This document shows positions 1 to 11,252 of a stretch of DNA of 64,000 bases, piece after piece; the first letter of the stretch is position 1, and each line of letters opens with the position of its first letter. The stretch is from the human T2T-CHM13v2.0 reference genome, Homo sapiens. Made by a program: the position numbers and the translations under genes. A model generated the notes under the pieces. That model was not told the origin of the DNA, searched no databases, and saw only the letters and a program-made list of their open reading frames with translations. The DNA is taken from the NCBI RefSeq assembly GCF_009914755.1, contig NC_060935.1, one strand, 5' to 3'.

Positions 1-1673
1 AAATTGACGTACACCGTGCAATTTGGGGCAGACGCACCATGTAACAACACATTTACAACGGGCCTACCATGAAAATGGCTGTGTCAATATAGCTGCAAAC
101 TGGGGTAGCAGAGCAGCTGTGTCGGCCCAGAACTGGTGGGCCCCAGAGGGTGTCAGGAGGAGAGGGTCACAGGCATTGGATCATATCAGAGCTGATTATG
201 ACCCCTGCATCTTTGACACAAGAACTCACACAAATGTTCACTAGAATCAATCAAATGTCTTATAAGTAGCCTAGCCGTTTTAATGTCATTCTCTGGATTT
301 GTTTATTCTGAACTTTGTTATTGAATGAGTTGTGGCTCTTCAGGAACCAGAGTGTTCCTAAATAAGGGGCTTGCCGGAGACCCTGCTCTGGAGAGTGAAA
401 ATCCTGTGATGAGGATTTTGACAGAATTGTCCATTTTCTAGAAAATAGGGCACTAGACTTTTGGCTCTGGAAGATCTGTTGGAGACACCAGCTGTGACTC
501 TTTCACAAGCTGCGTGATCTTGCTGAGGTTCCTCAGTTCCTCACTTGATAGACACGTTTTGCAGATCGAATGAACTTGTTGGAATTATATATAAAGAGGA
601 AAGTAACTTATTAAATATCTCTTATGTGCCATGCTTTATTTCATTTAATCCTACAACAACAACAAGGAAGGGAATGTTGTCGTCTATCTTTTATAGATCA
701 GGAAAATAAGGCTTCAAAAAGGAAAAGGAATCGGAGGTACCTGAAATGGAAGTTAGAACCAAGTCTGTCTACTGACTTGTTGGCTCTGTTGTCCCAAAGT
801 TGGTTCTGTTTCCATGCAATTTTGCCAGGAACAAAATACTCTTAGATAATTTTAAATACACAGTCTCATATTCAGATGGATAAGACATAATTCGGTCTTT
901 TGGAAGACATTTCTTTAAAGGGTTGGAATGGGAAGGAAAATTTCTATGAGATGCGCAGAGCTTTATAACTATGAGGCTTTTTTATTAGTTTCTCGGTTTC
1001 TAACATTCTGTTATTGCTTTTCACTGTAAGATTTTTATCCAAGACACCCTCCATTATTAGACATGCCTTTATTTTATGTGCTACTGATTTCAGAGTGCTA
1101 TTAATTATAGGATTATCCCTGCTTGAGAGGTGTTACGATGTAGAAAGTTGTATATTTTAGAATCCAATATGTGTACCTGGATCTCAGCATCATAGGGCTG
1201 CTGTATTTTTCCGTGTTCTTGGAAAAAGCAACGGCTTTGTTTGCTGTTTAACAGTTGAAAGTGTGGCTGATGCTGGTTTCCCGTGCGGATGGGGTCTGTG
1301 TGTGGGGTGGCTTGCTGAGCTCAGAGTGCAGGAAGGAAGACTCCCCCCAGCCAGGAGTCTCAGCACCATTGTCCTCCCTTGAAGCTGAGACAAAGGAGCA
1401 ATTTTATGCTAATCAGTGTACATGAAATAAGCTTTTTAAATTTTTTTCTTTTTACAAATTCTACTTCTTTCACTTGGAGACATGATACATGAGGGGAGTC
1501 TATACAGCCACATTCCTCAGCTGAGGCACACAGCCAGCGGGGCTGACATCAGGAAAGTACGCAGCAGTGGAGAACTGGACAGAGCCTGTCAGACCTGCCC
1601 ATCTCTTCAACATGAAGCCCTGCACATTTGTGGGCAGTGTTGGCGTGGGCTGTGTTTGAGGACGTGAAACTAA

Positions 1674-2156
1674 TGTATTTCGGGGAGAGAAAAACTTTCT
1701 CTCTACCCTCTGAAGGTTTGAGAATTGAGTCTGTGAAATAAACTGAAAGTAGACAGATTAACAGGAAAAAAAAAATCATTTTAATTACATGCATAACCAT
1801 GGGAGTCCCACAAAATATGAGACTCAAAGAAGGGTCAGATGATTGAAGTTTCTGTAGCATCCTGAGTTACAGAAAGAAATAGAGGCTTTGAGTTTGTGGG
1901 TTCGGGGAGTGGCAGACAGCACAAGTTATGGGAAAGTGAGGGGAGGAATTGTACAGTGAATAAAGGTTGTCTTGTCATGCAGCTGAAGTCTCTCTCAGGT
2001 AATATATCTCCCAGCAGCCCTTTTCCTGATACAGATACTCCAATAATGTAGATTTCTGTTCTAGATGTAAATTTCCTTTACAGAAGGACAGCTTTTTAGA
2101 GCTACTCCTGTGTGTGCAGTTTCTTAGAATGACCAGCTGAAAATGTATGAAAAAAT
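1674..2156 (-). mobile_element. ERV1 solo LTR, MER34/MER39 group, part 1 (host of nested stack)
   Basis: Resembles MER34-group LTR 3' end (ggagagaaaaactttctctctaccctct...gacagattaacagg); continues at 8026-8098. Subfamily from recall. Confidence 0.7.
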
Positions 2157-2734
2157 TTCTAAATCAAACTACATTTGGGCTTTAGAAGCCTCTGTACAAG
2201 TCCGTGTAACTAACTGCAACCTAACTTAGCAAATAAACCAACAGAAAACCTAACTTAGGAATTTGCCTTTGTAACGACAACTGAGTCTCAGCCAATTATA
2301 GCAGCCGAATTTCAGCCTGTGGCAGGTGGCCAACTGTTCAAACTAGATTCAGTTAAGGCAAATGCAGGGATTTAACCAACTGACTGTCTCTATACCTCAT
2401 TTTTGCTTTCTGTATGTCATTTCATTTCCTCTGACTGTAAATATAACCTGCACATGTGGTGGGATGAAGCATTCTGAACCATTTTTCTATTTGTTTTAGA
2501 GATGGGGGTCTTGCCATGTTGCCCAGGCTGGAATGCAGTTGCTATTCACAGCCACAATCATAGCGCACTGCACCCTTGAACTCCTGGGCTCAAGTGATCC
2601 TCCCACCTCAGTCTCCTGAGTAGCTGGGACTACAGGTCCACACCACCATACCTGGCTTCTGAACCATTTTTGATGTAAAATATTGCCCAATTCTAGAATT
2701 GCAGATAGAAGCCAATTAACATCTGCAAAACTAG
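2157..2734 (+). mobile_element. ERV1 LTR, MER57/LTR54 group, part 1
   Basis: aactgcaacctaacttag...cagccaat...taaggcaaatgc motifs typical of MER57/LTR54; its 3' end (atttgttgtaattttgtcttttaaca) lies at 7996-8025. Confidence 0.7.
2486..2656 (-). mobile_element. FAM (fossil Alu monomer)
   Basis: Monomer retaining the 7SL-like gctattcacag segment; TSD ttctgaaccatttt at 2472-2485 and 2657-2670. Confidence 0.85.
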
Positions 2735-3282
2735 TGTGAAAAGAAAAACTTTAAACAAATTAAATTTAACAGAGTTTAATTGAGCAAAGAATTCTTGAAT
2801 GAGCAGCCCCCCAAACCAGAATAGGTTCAGAGCAACTCTGGTGTGGCTGTGTGGTTGGAGAAGATTTATGTATGGGAAAAGGAAAGTGACATAAAGAAAA
2901 CAGAAGTGAGGTATAGAAATAGCCAGATTGGTTGCAGCTCAATCTTTGCCTTATTTAAACATGGTTTAAACAGTTGGCTGCAGTTTTGCTGCAGAGTGAG
3001 TGGCAAGGTTGATCTTTCTCTGAGGTCGTTTCCAGAAGACCCAATCTCTGCGTTCTAGATCATGATGGTCCTCAGTTGGTGGATCATGGAAAAGCTTTCT
3101 TTACCTTGTGACAATACACTTTGGCATAATGCATTAAAGCATGCAGCATTTAGTCGTATGGGAGTTTAGGAGCAGGAGATACATGAGGTTCTATTATTAG
3201 GGGCATAAGCCTACCAGTGACTATTTATAGAAGATTAACTTTTAGTTTGCACTGGAAGTAGATCTGATTGTCATCAGTCTGC

Positions 3283-3500
3283 AATACCTTTGACCAAGGC
3301 AATCCTGTCGATTCAATTAGCTTTACCTAATGCCATTGTATCTATAATATCATATTTAACTGTTCTGTAATTCGTCCAGTGAAACAAGTACTTTTATTGT
3401 TAGAGATTTTTCCAGGAGTGTCCTATGAGGGAATCACACTTTCTAATAATCTTTTAGCTATTGTTATAGCATCAGCCTTCTTCCATGGGAAAGCTTCTAT
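3283..3500 (-). pseudogene. Retroviral integrase core remnant
   Basis: Manual minus-strand translation: IEAFPWKKADAITIAKRLLESVIPS*DTPGKISNNKSTCFTGRITEQLNMIL*IQWH*VKLIESTGLPWSKVL, matching class I ERV integrase (VEAFP...LLE.IIP..G.P..I.SD.G..FT) with stops and a deletion. Confidence 0.8.
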
Positions 3501-4360
3501 ATTGATATTTAAAAGGATATAAATCCTCTTAAATTGATATTTAAATATCCTCTTAAATATCAATTTTGTTTCTCCAATTCAGGTGCTTAACTGTTTATTA
3601 AATGGGTTATCATAGGTAATTTAACTTGGATATGGAATTCACTCAAATTGTCTATCTTAACAATTTCAGTACTGGCTGATTTAGCATGAAAGTCTGGCAA
3701 AGTATTTCCTTGGTATATAACTAATTCTTGTTCTGCTTGGGTTAGCAGTTTTATAAACCAGCCAGTCTCTTTATTAGAATTCCAGGAATTCTTACCCAGT
3801 CCAAACGATATTATCCTAAAGTTATCAAAAATTTCTATTCAGCAGTGCTTCTCAGGGTCCTTTCCATACTTTCCATGAACTTCCTTGAAGACACAACACT
3901 CTAGGATTTTACTTGCTTGCAAAGAACTTCCAGGAAATGCATCAGAATTCAGCAATTAACTGTGGAAAGGACTTAGAATGGTCATGGTTAAAGACACAGT
4001 TGACAAGAAAATTTGGTTATTTCTGTGGCCTATAATAATTTAACATAATAACCATAGTTATGATGGGTAACATATAAAGACCTACTAGAATTTTAGGAAT
4101 CTCATGCAATTTTGAAAGATATATTAATAACATATTCATAAAAATGTAACTTGAAGAAGGTTAACCATTATTTGTTATTTGACAAGGTTTCCCATATAAT
4201 TTAACATATCTAATAAGCCTATTTATTATCTCTTTTAGATGCTGCAGGGGCCCTCCATAACATCCCAAAGTTAGTTTGAGGTGAAAAGCCTTAATTCTGA
4301 TTTTGAAATTTGATTTTTGGAAGCCTGTCAAATATATCAAAAGTTTAAAACACTTAATCA

Positions 4361-4675
<315 letters not shown>

Positions 4676-5524
4676 AATCACAGGTCACTGTAAAATAAAA
4701 GTCATTCACTTAGCCAAACAGATAATCAACTATTTTTTTTTAAAAAGCAAAAACCTTTATTCTTTGATAAAGAGGAGACTATTTTCCAAAAAAATCAAAA
4801 GACCTAATAAAAACGGTATGAGATAGAATCTGTCTCCCTCTCCCCACCTTTTTTTGTAGTTTATGCAAATTTGAATGAAAGTATTTTACTGTCTCTTCTT
4901 AATACTACATAAAGTTTTTTAAAAGTAAAAACCAAATTTTACTTTTGTATTAATGTATTATTAATATTAAGCTAATTTTAATAAATTTATAAATATATCA
5001 TCCAATCTCAGTCAGCTTTTAACCACATAAGATCTTCATAAACCTTTTATAATTTCTTACAAGATTTTTCTTTTTTCTTTTTTAAGCTTTTTATATTTTA
5101 GTTTTATTTATATATTTTTTATTTTTGAAATTAAAAATTACCTTTAAATAACTTCTAAACTAGACAAAATTATTTTTTTAACAAACACACATTTTTATTC
5201 CTTTACAACTTTCCTCACCAAAAACATATTTTGCTTTTTATATACTTTGTGTACAGAATTTTAAAGTATCTAGTAGTTTGAATTACATATATTAACTACA
5301 ATTTTAACTCTAGTAACCCAAATTTCTAGTGAAAACCTAGGATTTAAGTTTTAATTGTTTTATATTATTATTTATAGATAAAAACCATATTACATATTTT
5401 TAAAAAGATATACTTTCTCAATTTTTTTATTAACAGATCTAAATATATTTAGCTTTTGTATACCACATAAAAATAAAATGCCAAAGTATATAAACTTAAA
5501 CGTATGTTTAATAATTAATGTTTC

Positions 5525-5829
<305 letters not shown>

Positions 5830-7228
5830 TTAATGTTTCAGTATTTTAACTTAGAAATGACTCAAACACTATATTATTTTTACTTAATTTATTAAATTAT
5901 TAACATGACTGTAAGATTTTAAATTACTGAAGAGTTTTGAAACTGTGACATAGATAAACTCCCTAATGTCTTTCCCAGTTTTCCTGGGTCCCAAGTAACC
6001 ACATGGCACCCAGAAGAGCTATGAAAGGCAGGACCCTTCTATGTCCCAGATATAGAGTTCAGGACAGAGAACACAGTGGTGAAGAGTTGCTTGGAGGATC
6101 CAACCAATCCCAAAATGGCCAGGAGGCAAAGTTGGACCAGGGAGGATAGGGCCATGTGGGGCGTGGCTCTGCCTTGCAGCTGGTGATTGAACTGTTGAGA
6201 CTATGTCCCTAGGCCTCAGCATGGTCACCTGTCCAGACCTCAAAAATCTAGAGGCTCAAACCTAAGACAGGCTCACAGCAAGATGTGTGCAAGGCTTTAG
6301 GAGAGTCTAGCAGCCAACTCTTACAGCTTTAGCTCACAGACAAGTCAAACAAGTGTGACAAATATTACAGAAGTATCAGTTTTATGACCTTAAAACATGT
6401 AGCTAAGACAGAATAAACCTGTCTGACCAGTAGACTCAGGTAAAAATGTCTCAATTATGTTTAACTGACAATTTTGAAGCCTTTTATATTTTAGTTTGCT
6501 AACAATTCGAAAACTAGCTTCATTTACCAAGGATTATCACATACATATAACATACATAGATGTGTAGATATACAGACACACCAACAATGATTTTTGAATG
6601 GATTTTTTAAAGTACAGTGTTGTTCATTTGGAAAATTCCACTATAATTTTAAATTAGCTTTAGTAAGATTTTGCCATTTTATAAGCATTTGCTACTTTCA
6701 GGGCCTAATACTTATATGTGTATAGGTAGATGTAGCCAAAAGATGGAGTAGTCAGTTTTTCAGAAACTAAAAATCCCATTTTCACATTGAATCTTGCCTT
6801 TGGCTCTTGGATCCCCTTTTGATCAACTTAGTGATTTTTTTCCCTACCTAAAGCAAGCAAGAAAAGGAAACAAAGGGGATAGAACACAAACATGTCTGCA
6901 AATTTTTGAAAGCTGAAGTCCACACCTCCTGCAGTACTGACATTTGCTGCCAGTTTCTGTCTATAACCCAGTCAGACATCTAAACCCTCTATCTGGATCT
7001 AGACCAGTTAATTATCAGATTCGATCAAATCCTGGACCCAGTCCAGTTTCAGTTGTGACTTCTGAACCAAGTTTGGATAAAAAATTTGCTCAAACAAACT
7101 TGGATAGCCCAAAACACAAAGTCATGGAGCTTCAGAATCCAAGACAGCAGTGACACAATGGGCCCGGCATGTACCTCATTTGGCCACTTGATGCTTTTGG
7201 GGGTCACTGAAAGTTCTACTTCTAACAG

Positions 7229-7242
7229 CACTTCTGACACCA
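7229..7242 (-). other. Primer-binding site, tRNA-Leu type
   Basis: Minus strand reads LTR-end TTAACA-GA-TGGTGTCAGAAGTG, complementary to the tRNA-Leu 3' end CACTTCTGACACCA. Confidence 0.8.
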
Positions 7243-7430
7243 TCTGTTAAAAAACAAAAAACATAAAACAAAACAAAAAACTTAAATTGAATTTAACAGT
7301 TTCATTGAGCAAAGAAGGATTCTTGAATTGGATAGCCTGTTTCCCTGCGACTTTTGCACTGCCATGTGGTTGGAAAGCATTTGTGGACAGAAAAAGGAAA
7401 GTGACATACAGAAAACAGAAGTCAGATACA

Positions 7431-7735
<305 letters not shown>

Positions 7736-7995
7736 GGTGGCTGCTAGGCTCTCCTAAAGCCTTGCACACATCTTACAGAAACAGCCAGATTGGTTACAGC
7801 TCAACATCTCCCTTATTTGAACACAGCTTGAACAGTTGGCCACTTGTGACCACCCAAAACTTGGTGATTGGTACAAGTATAGATGACAGTCTGTTTACAC
7901 ATCCAGTTAGGTTATAGTTCACTATATATGGGTAAATCTCTAGGCCAAACTTAAAATATGTAAGGAGGCAGCTTTAGGCTAAACTTAATATAAGG

Positions 7996-8025
7996 ATAGA
8001 TTTGTTGTAATTTTGTCTTTTAACA
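7996..8025 (+). mobile_element. 3' end of MER57/LTR54-group LTR (part 2)
   Basis: Ends ...gtcttttaaca; continues 2157-2734. Confidence 0.65.
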
Positions 8026-8098
8026 GGAGTATATTTTGGGGTGGCATATTCTGGTCTTCTGTAGTCAAATTCTGGGGTGGTGTGTCCTGAACCCAACA
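8026..8098 (-). mobile_element. MER34-group LTR part 2 (5' terminus)
   Basis: tatattttggggtggcatattctgg...gtcctgaacccaaca; reverse complement begins TGTTGGGTTCAGGAC. Confidence 0.7.
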
Positions 8099-8771
8099 AT
8101 ACTCACCTATCTGAGGAGAGGATGATCCATATGGAGGGTACAGGGAAAACTGACTCCAGAATCAGGGGCAAAGGCAAGTAAAAGAGCCTTCATTAACCAG
8201 ACCTACCCAATGCAACTATAGATGAATGCTTCCAGAATAAGGCAAAACACACATACTCTGGTGAGCATTTTCAGTCCTTCACAAGGTATCCCCAACCTCC
8301 TTAGATTTCCTACAAGCCTCTAGGCTCCTGTGCTCCTGCCAAGGAGGCTATGAGCTCATGAGATTCCATCCCGTTGACTTTGCTATCACTGTGTTTGGCC
8401 TTTTCATTCATTAATGTGGTGTTTCCCTTCTTTCAATTCCTACAGCACTAAGTTTTTTTTTTCACTGTGCCTTATGCTGTGGTCATTTTGTGCCACTTCA
8501 TTTATAGATTTTAGAATTGCCCAATAGTTGCAATAATCCCATGGCCTGCAAAGGACTACATCTGGGAAATGGAACCCCAGCTAGGTGGGATGCTAGGAGG
8601 ACAGATACAGGTGTAGACACTTAGAAGTACAGTTCACCAGCTGAACACAGAGCAATTTTTATAACTTTCTTAAAATAAGAGCATACTTTGTACATTTTTG
8701 TTTTACAGTTATGTTTATACACTTTTGTATGTAGTATTTTTACATTAATGTTTATACATTTTTATATATAG

Positions 8772-9405
8772 CTCTATTCTTAGTTTTTTGTTCTCCATAG
8801 TGGTTGTACTAATTTACACTCCCACCAACAGTGTACAAGGGTTCCCTTTTCTCCTCATCCACACCAGCATTTGTTATTGCCTGTCTTTTGGATAAAAGCC
8901 ATTTTAACTGGGGTGAGATGATATCTCATTGTAGTTTTGATTTGTGTTTCTCTGATAATCAGTGATGTTGAGCACCTGTTTGCTATTTGTATGTCTTCTT
9001 TTGAGAAATGTCTATTCAGATGTTTTGCCCATTTTTAAATTGGATTATTAGATTTTTTTTTCCTGTAGAGTTGTTTGAGCTCCTTATATATTCTGGTTAT
9101 CAATCTCTTGTGAGATGGGAAGTTTGCAGATATTTTCTCCCATTCCGTGGGTCATCTCTTCGCTTTGTTGATTGTTTATTTTGCTGTGCAGAAGCTTTTT
9201 AACTTGACGTGATCCCGTTTGTCCATTTTTGCTTTGGATGCCTGTGTTTGTGGATTATTACTCAAGAAATTATTGCCCACTCCAAAGTCCTGGAGAGTTC
9301 CCCAAAGTTTTTTTATTAGTAGTTTCATAGTTTGGGGTCTTAGATTTAAGTCTTTAATCTATTTGGATTTGAATTTTGTATATTGTGACAGAAACGGGTC
9401 TAGTT
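8772..9405 (-). mobile_element. L1 fragment (L1MA/L1PB-like, ORF2 3' region)
   Basis: gtactaatttacactcccaccaacagtgt...gatatctcattgtagttttgatt...gtgcagaagctttttaacttga. Confidence 0.9.
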
Positions 9406-9455
9406 ATCTACGTGCAACAAGAAAATCCCCATAGTCATAGCAGGAGAGAGGCAAG

Positions 9456-10118
9456 TGTTAACAGAAAAAATGAACTCCGTAACGTATTTTAAAGAGGTTT
9501 ATTCTGAGCTAATATGAGTGACCGCAGCCCAGGGAAAACACAATTCCAAGAAGCCTCGCTTAAGTGGTCCCAAGGTGGTTGGATTACAGTTTGTTTTATA
9601 CATTTTAGGGAGGCAAGAGTTACAGGCAAAGACAAATCAGTACATGGATGATATATATTGGTGTGGCCCCAAAAGGCAGGATATCTTGAAGTGAGGGCTT
9701 ACAGATTAAGGTAGATTTGGACATTCTTTAATTTACAATTAGTTAAAGGAGTAAGTCTCTGTCTAAAACTTGGAGTCAGCAGAAAGGTTGTTTTAAGTAA
9801 AGATAAGGATCTTATGTAACAAAATTGATGACCTACAGGCATCAATTTAACCCTTGCCTCATATGGCCTTAGGTCATGTATACTTCGGTACCTTAGTGCC
9901 ACAAAGAATCTGTTCTGTCAGTCTTATGATCTCTATTTTAATATTAATGCTGGACAGTTGTGTCTGAACTCCAAAAGGAAGGGGATACAATGAGACGTGT
10001 TCAACCTCTCTTCTAGTCATGGCCAGGAATTCACTTTTTATTTTTTTCTTGGGTCCCCTTGGCCAAGAAGGGGTCCATTCAATCAGTAGGGGGCTTAGGA
10101 TTTTATTTTTAGTTTACA
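9456..10118 (-). mobile_element. ERV1 solo LTR, MER4 family
   Basis: TG...CA termini; reverse complement starts tgtaaactaaaaataaaatcctaagcccc...gaatggacccc; flanks caag/tgag. Confidence 0.85.
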
Positions 10119-10159
10119 TGAGCATCTTTCCCTAGTAGTCATATGTCCCTGGACTTTAT

Positions 10160-10275
10160 CTAGCCTCTCATCTCGCCTCTTAGAACTTCAGTTTTCTCAT
10201 CTAAAACAGGAATAATAATACCAGCCAAAGCTAACACAATGTAAAATTGTTGTGAGGCTCAAGTGAAATGTAAAT
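10160..10275 (+). mobile_element. MIR fragment
   Basis: cttcagttttctcatctaaaacaggaataataatacc core. Confidence 0.65.
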
Positions 10276-11164
10276 TGTCATTTTCTCATCATGTCTCTGT
10301 CTACTGACCTGTCTCTGGATTCTCAGAATCACAAGTTAATTGATGACTGAAACTCTGTAAGCCCCGAAAATGAGAAAATAGGCTTAATCTCCAATTTAGA
10401 CTATCTATGATACCTCAATGTGGTGAAAAATGAAATTAAGTGGAATATCTGTTTTGCTTATATGGGACTTGATACTCATATATTTCAAAACATCCTGATG
10501 TCCTCTTGATTTTTTCCCCCCAGATTTCAGCTGAATGCTGAATAGGCCTGGTCTGAGCTTTGGTTTGGAAATTAAGCCCTACTATTTAACATTTGCCTAA
10601 TCCCCCCTGTGGTTCCAGGGTTGTGTTTTCAAAAAAAGTGAAAAACAGCTAATTATTAGTGCTTTGATATGAGATTCCAGACATCCAGAGTTTTCCCCCC
10701 ATCTCAGAATCTTTGGTGGTGCAGAGACAAAGCACTTAAGAGATTAATGTTTCAATACCATGTTTTACCCTTTGTTGTGCAAAAGGAAAGGTTTTGATTC
10801 TTTTACCAAGGATGGAAACCTCTTTCCTCAAGAAAGGCACTCAGCCAAGACCACCTCTTATTGCATTAATTTGATCCATTTTACTTTGGACAGTCTCCTT
10901 TTTGCAATTTTTAAAAGTAGAACAAAGTCCCTTTGAAATCAATATTTCCTTTTTATGCAGTTTGTTACCTGCTCTGTGGATCCATGTCCTTAATCCGTCA
11001 AAACAGACAAGATGATTCCCCGCTCAATTGACTCATGGAATTTGTAATAACAAATTAAGTATTTGAAGTGAGCCAAATTTGGAAAAGGAATTCTGAAATA
11101 GTTAAGCCATAAACTATAGTGTGTACATGAAGTTTTCATGCGTGAATTTGTATCTTTATGTATT

Positions 11165-11252
11165 TGTGAAATTAATTCAACAAACATATATTGAATACCT
11201 TCCATCTGACAGGTACTAAGTGAATAAAATATAGTCCTTGCCATTAAGGAGA
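11165..11252 (-). mobile_element. L2 3' fragment
   Basis: attcaacaaacatatattgaatacct...gtccttgcc. Confidence 0.6.

Noticed and set aside
2486-2656. 7SL RNA gene
   Set aside because: Lacks most of the S domain and has tail and TSD; it is a FAM retrocopy.
7229-7242. tRNA gene
   Set aside because: Only the 3'-terminal complement next to an LTR, so a PBS.
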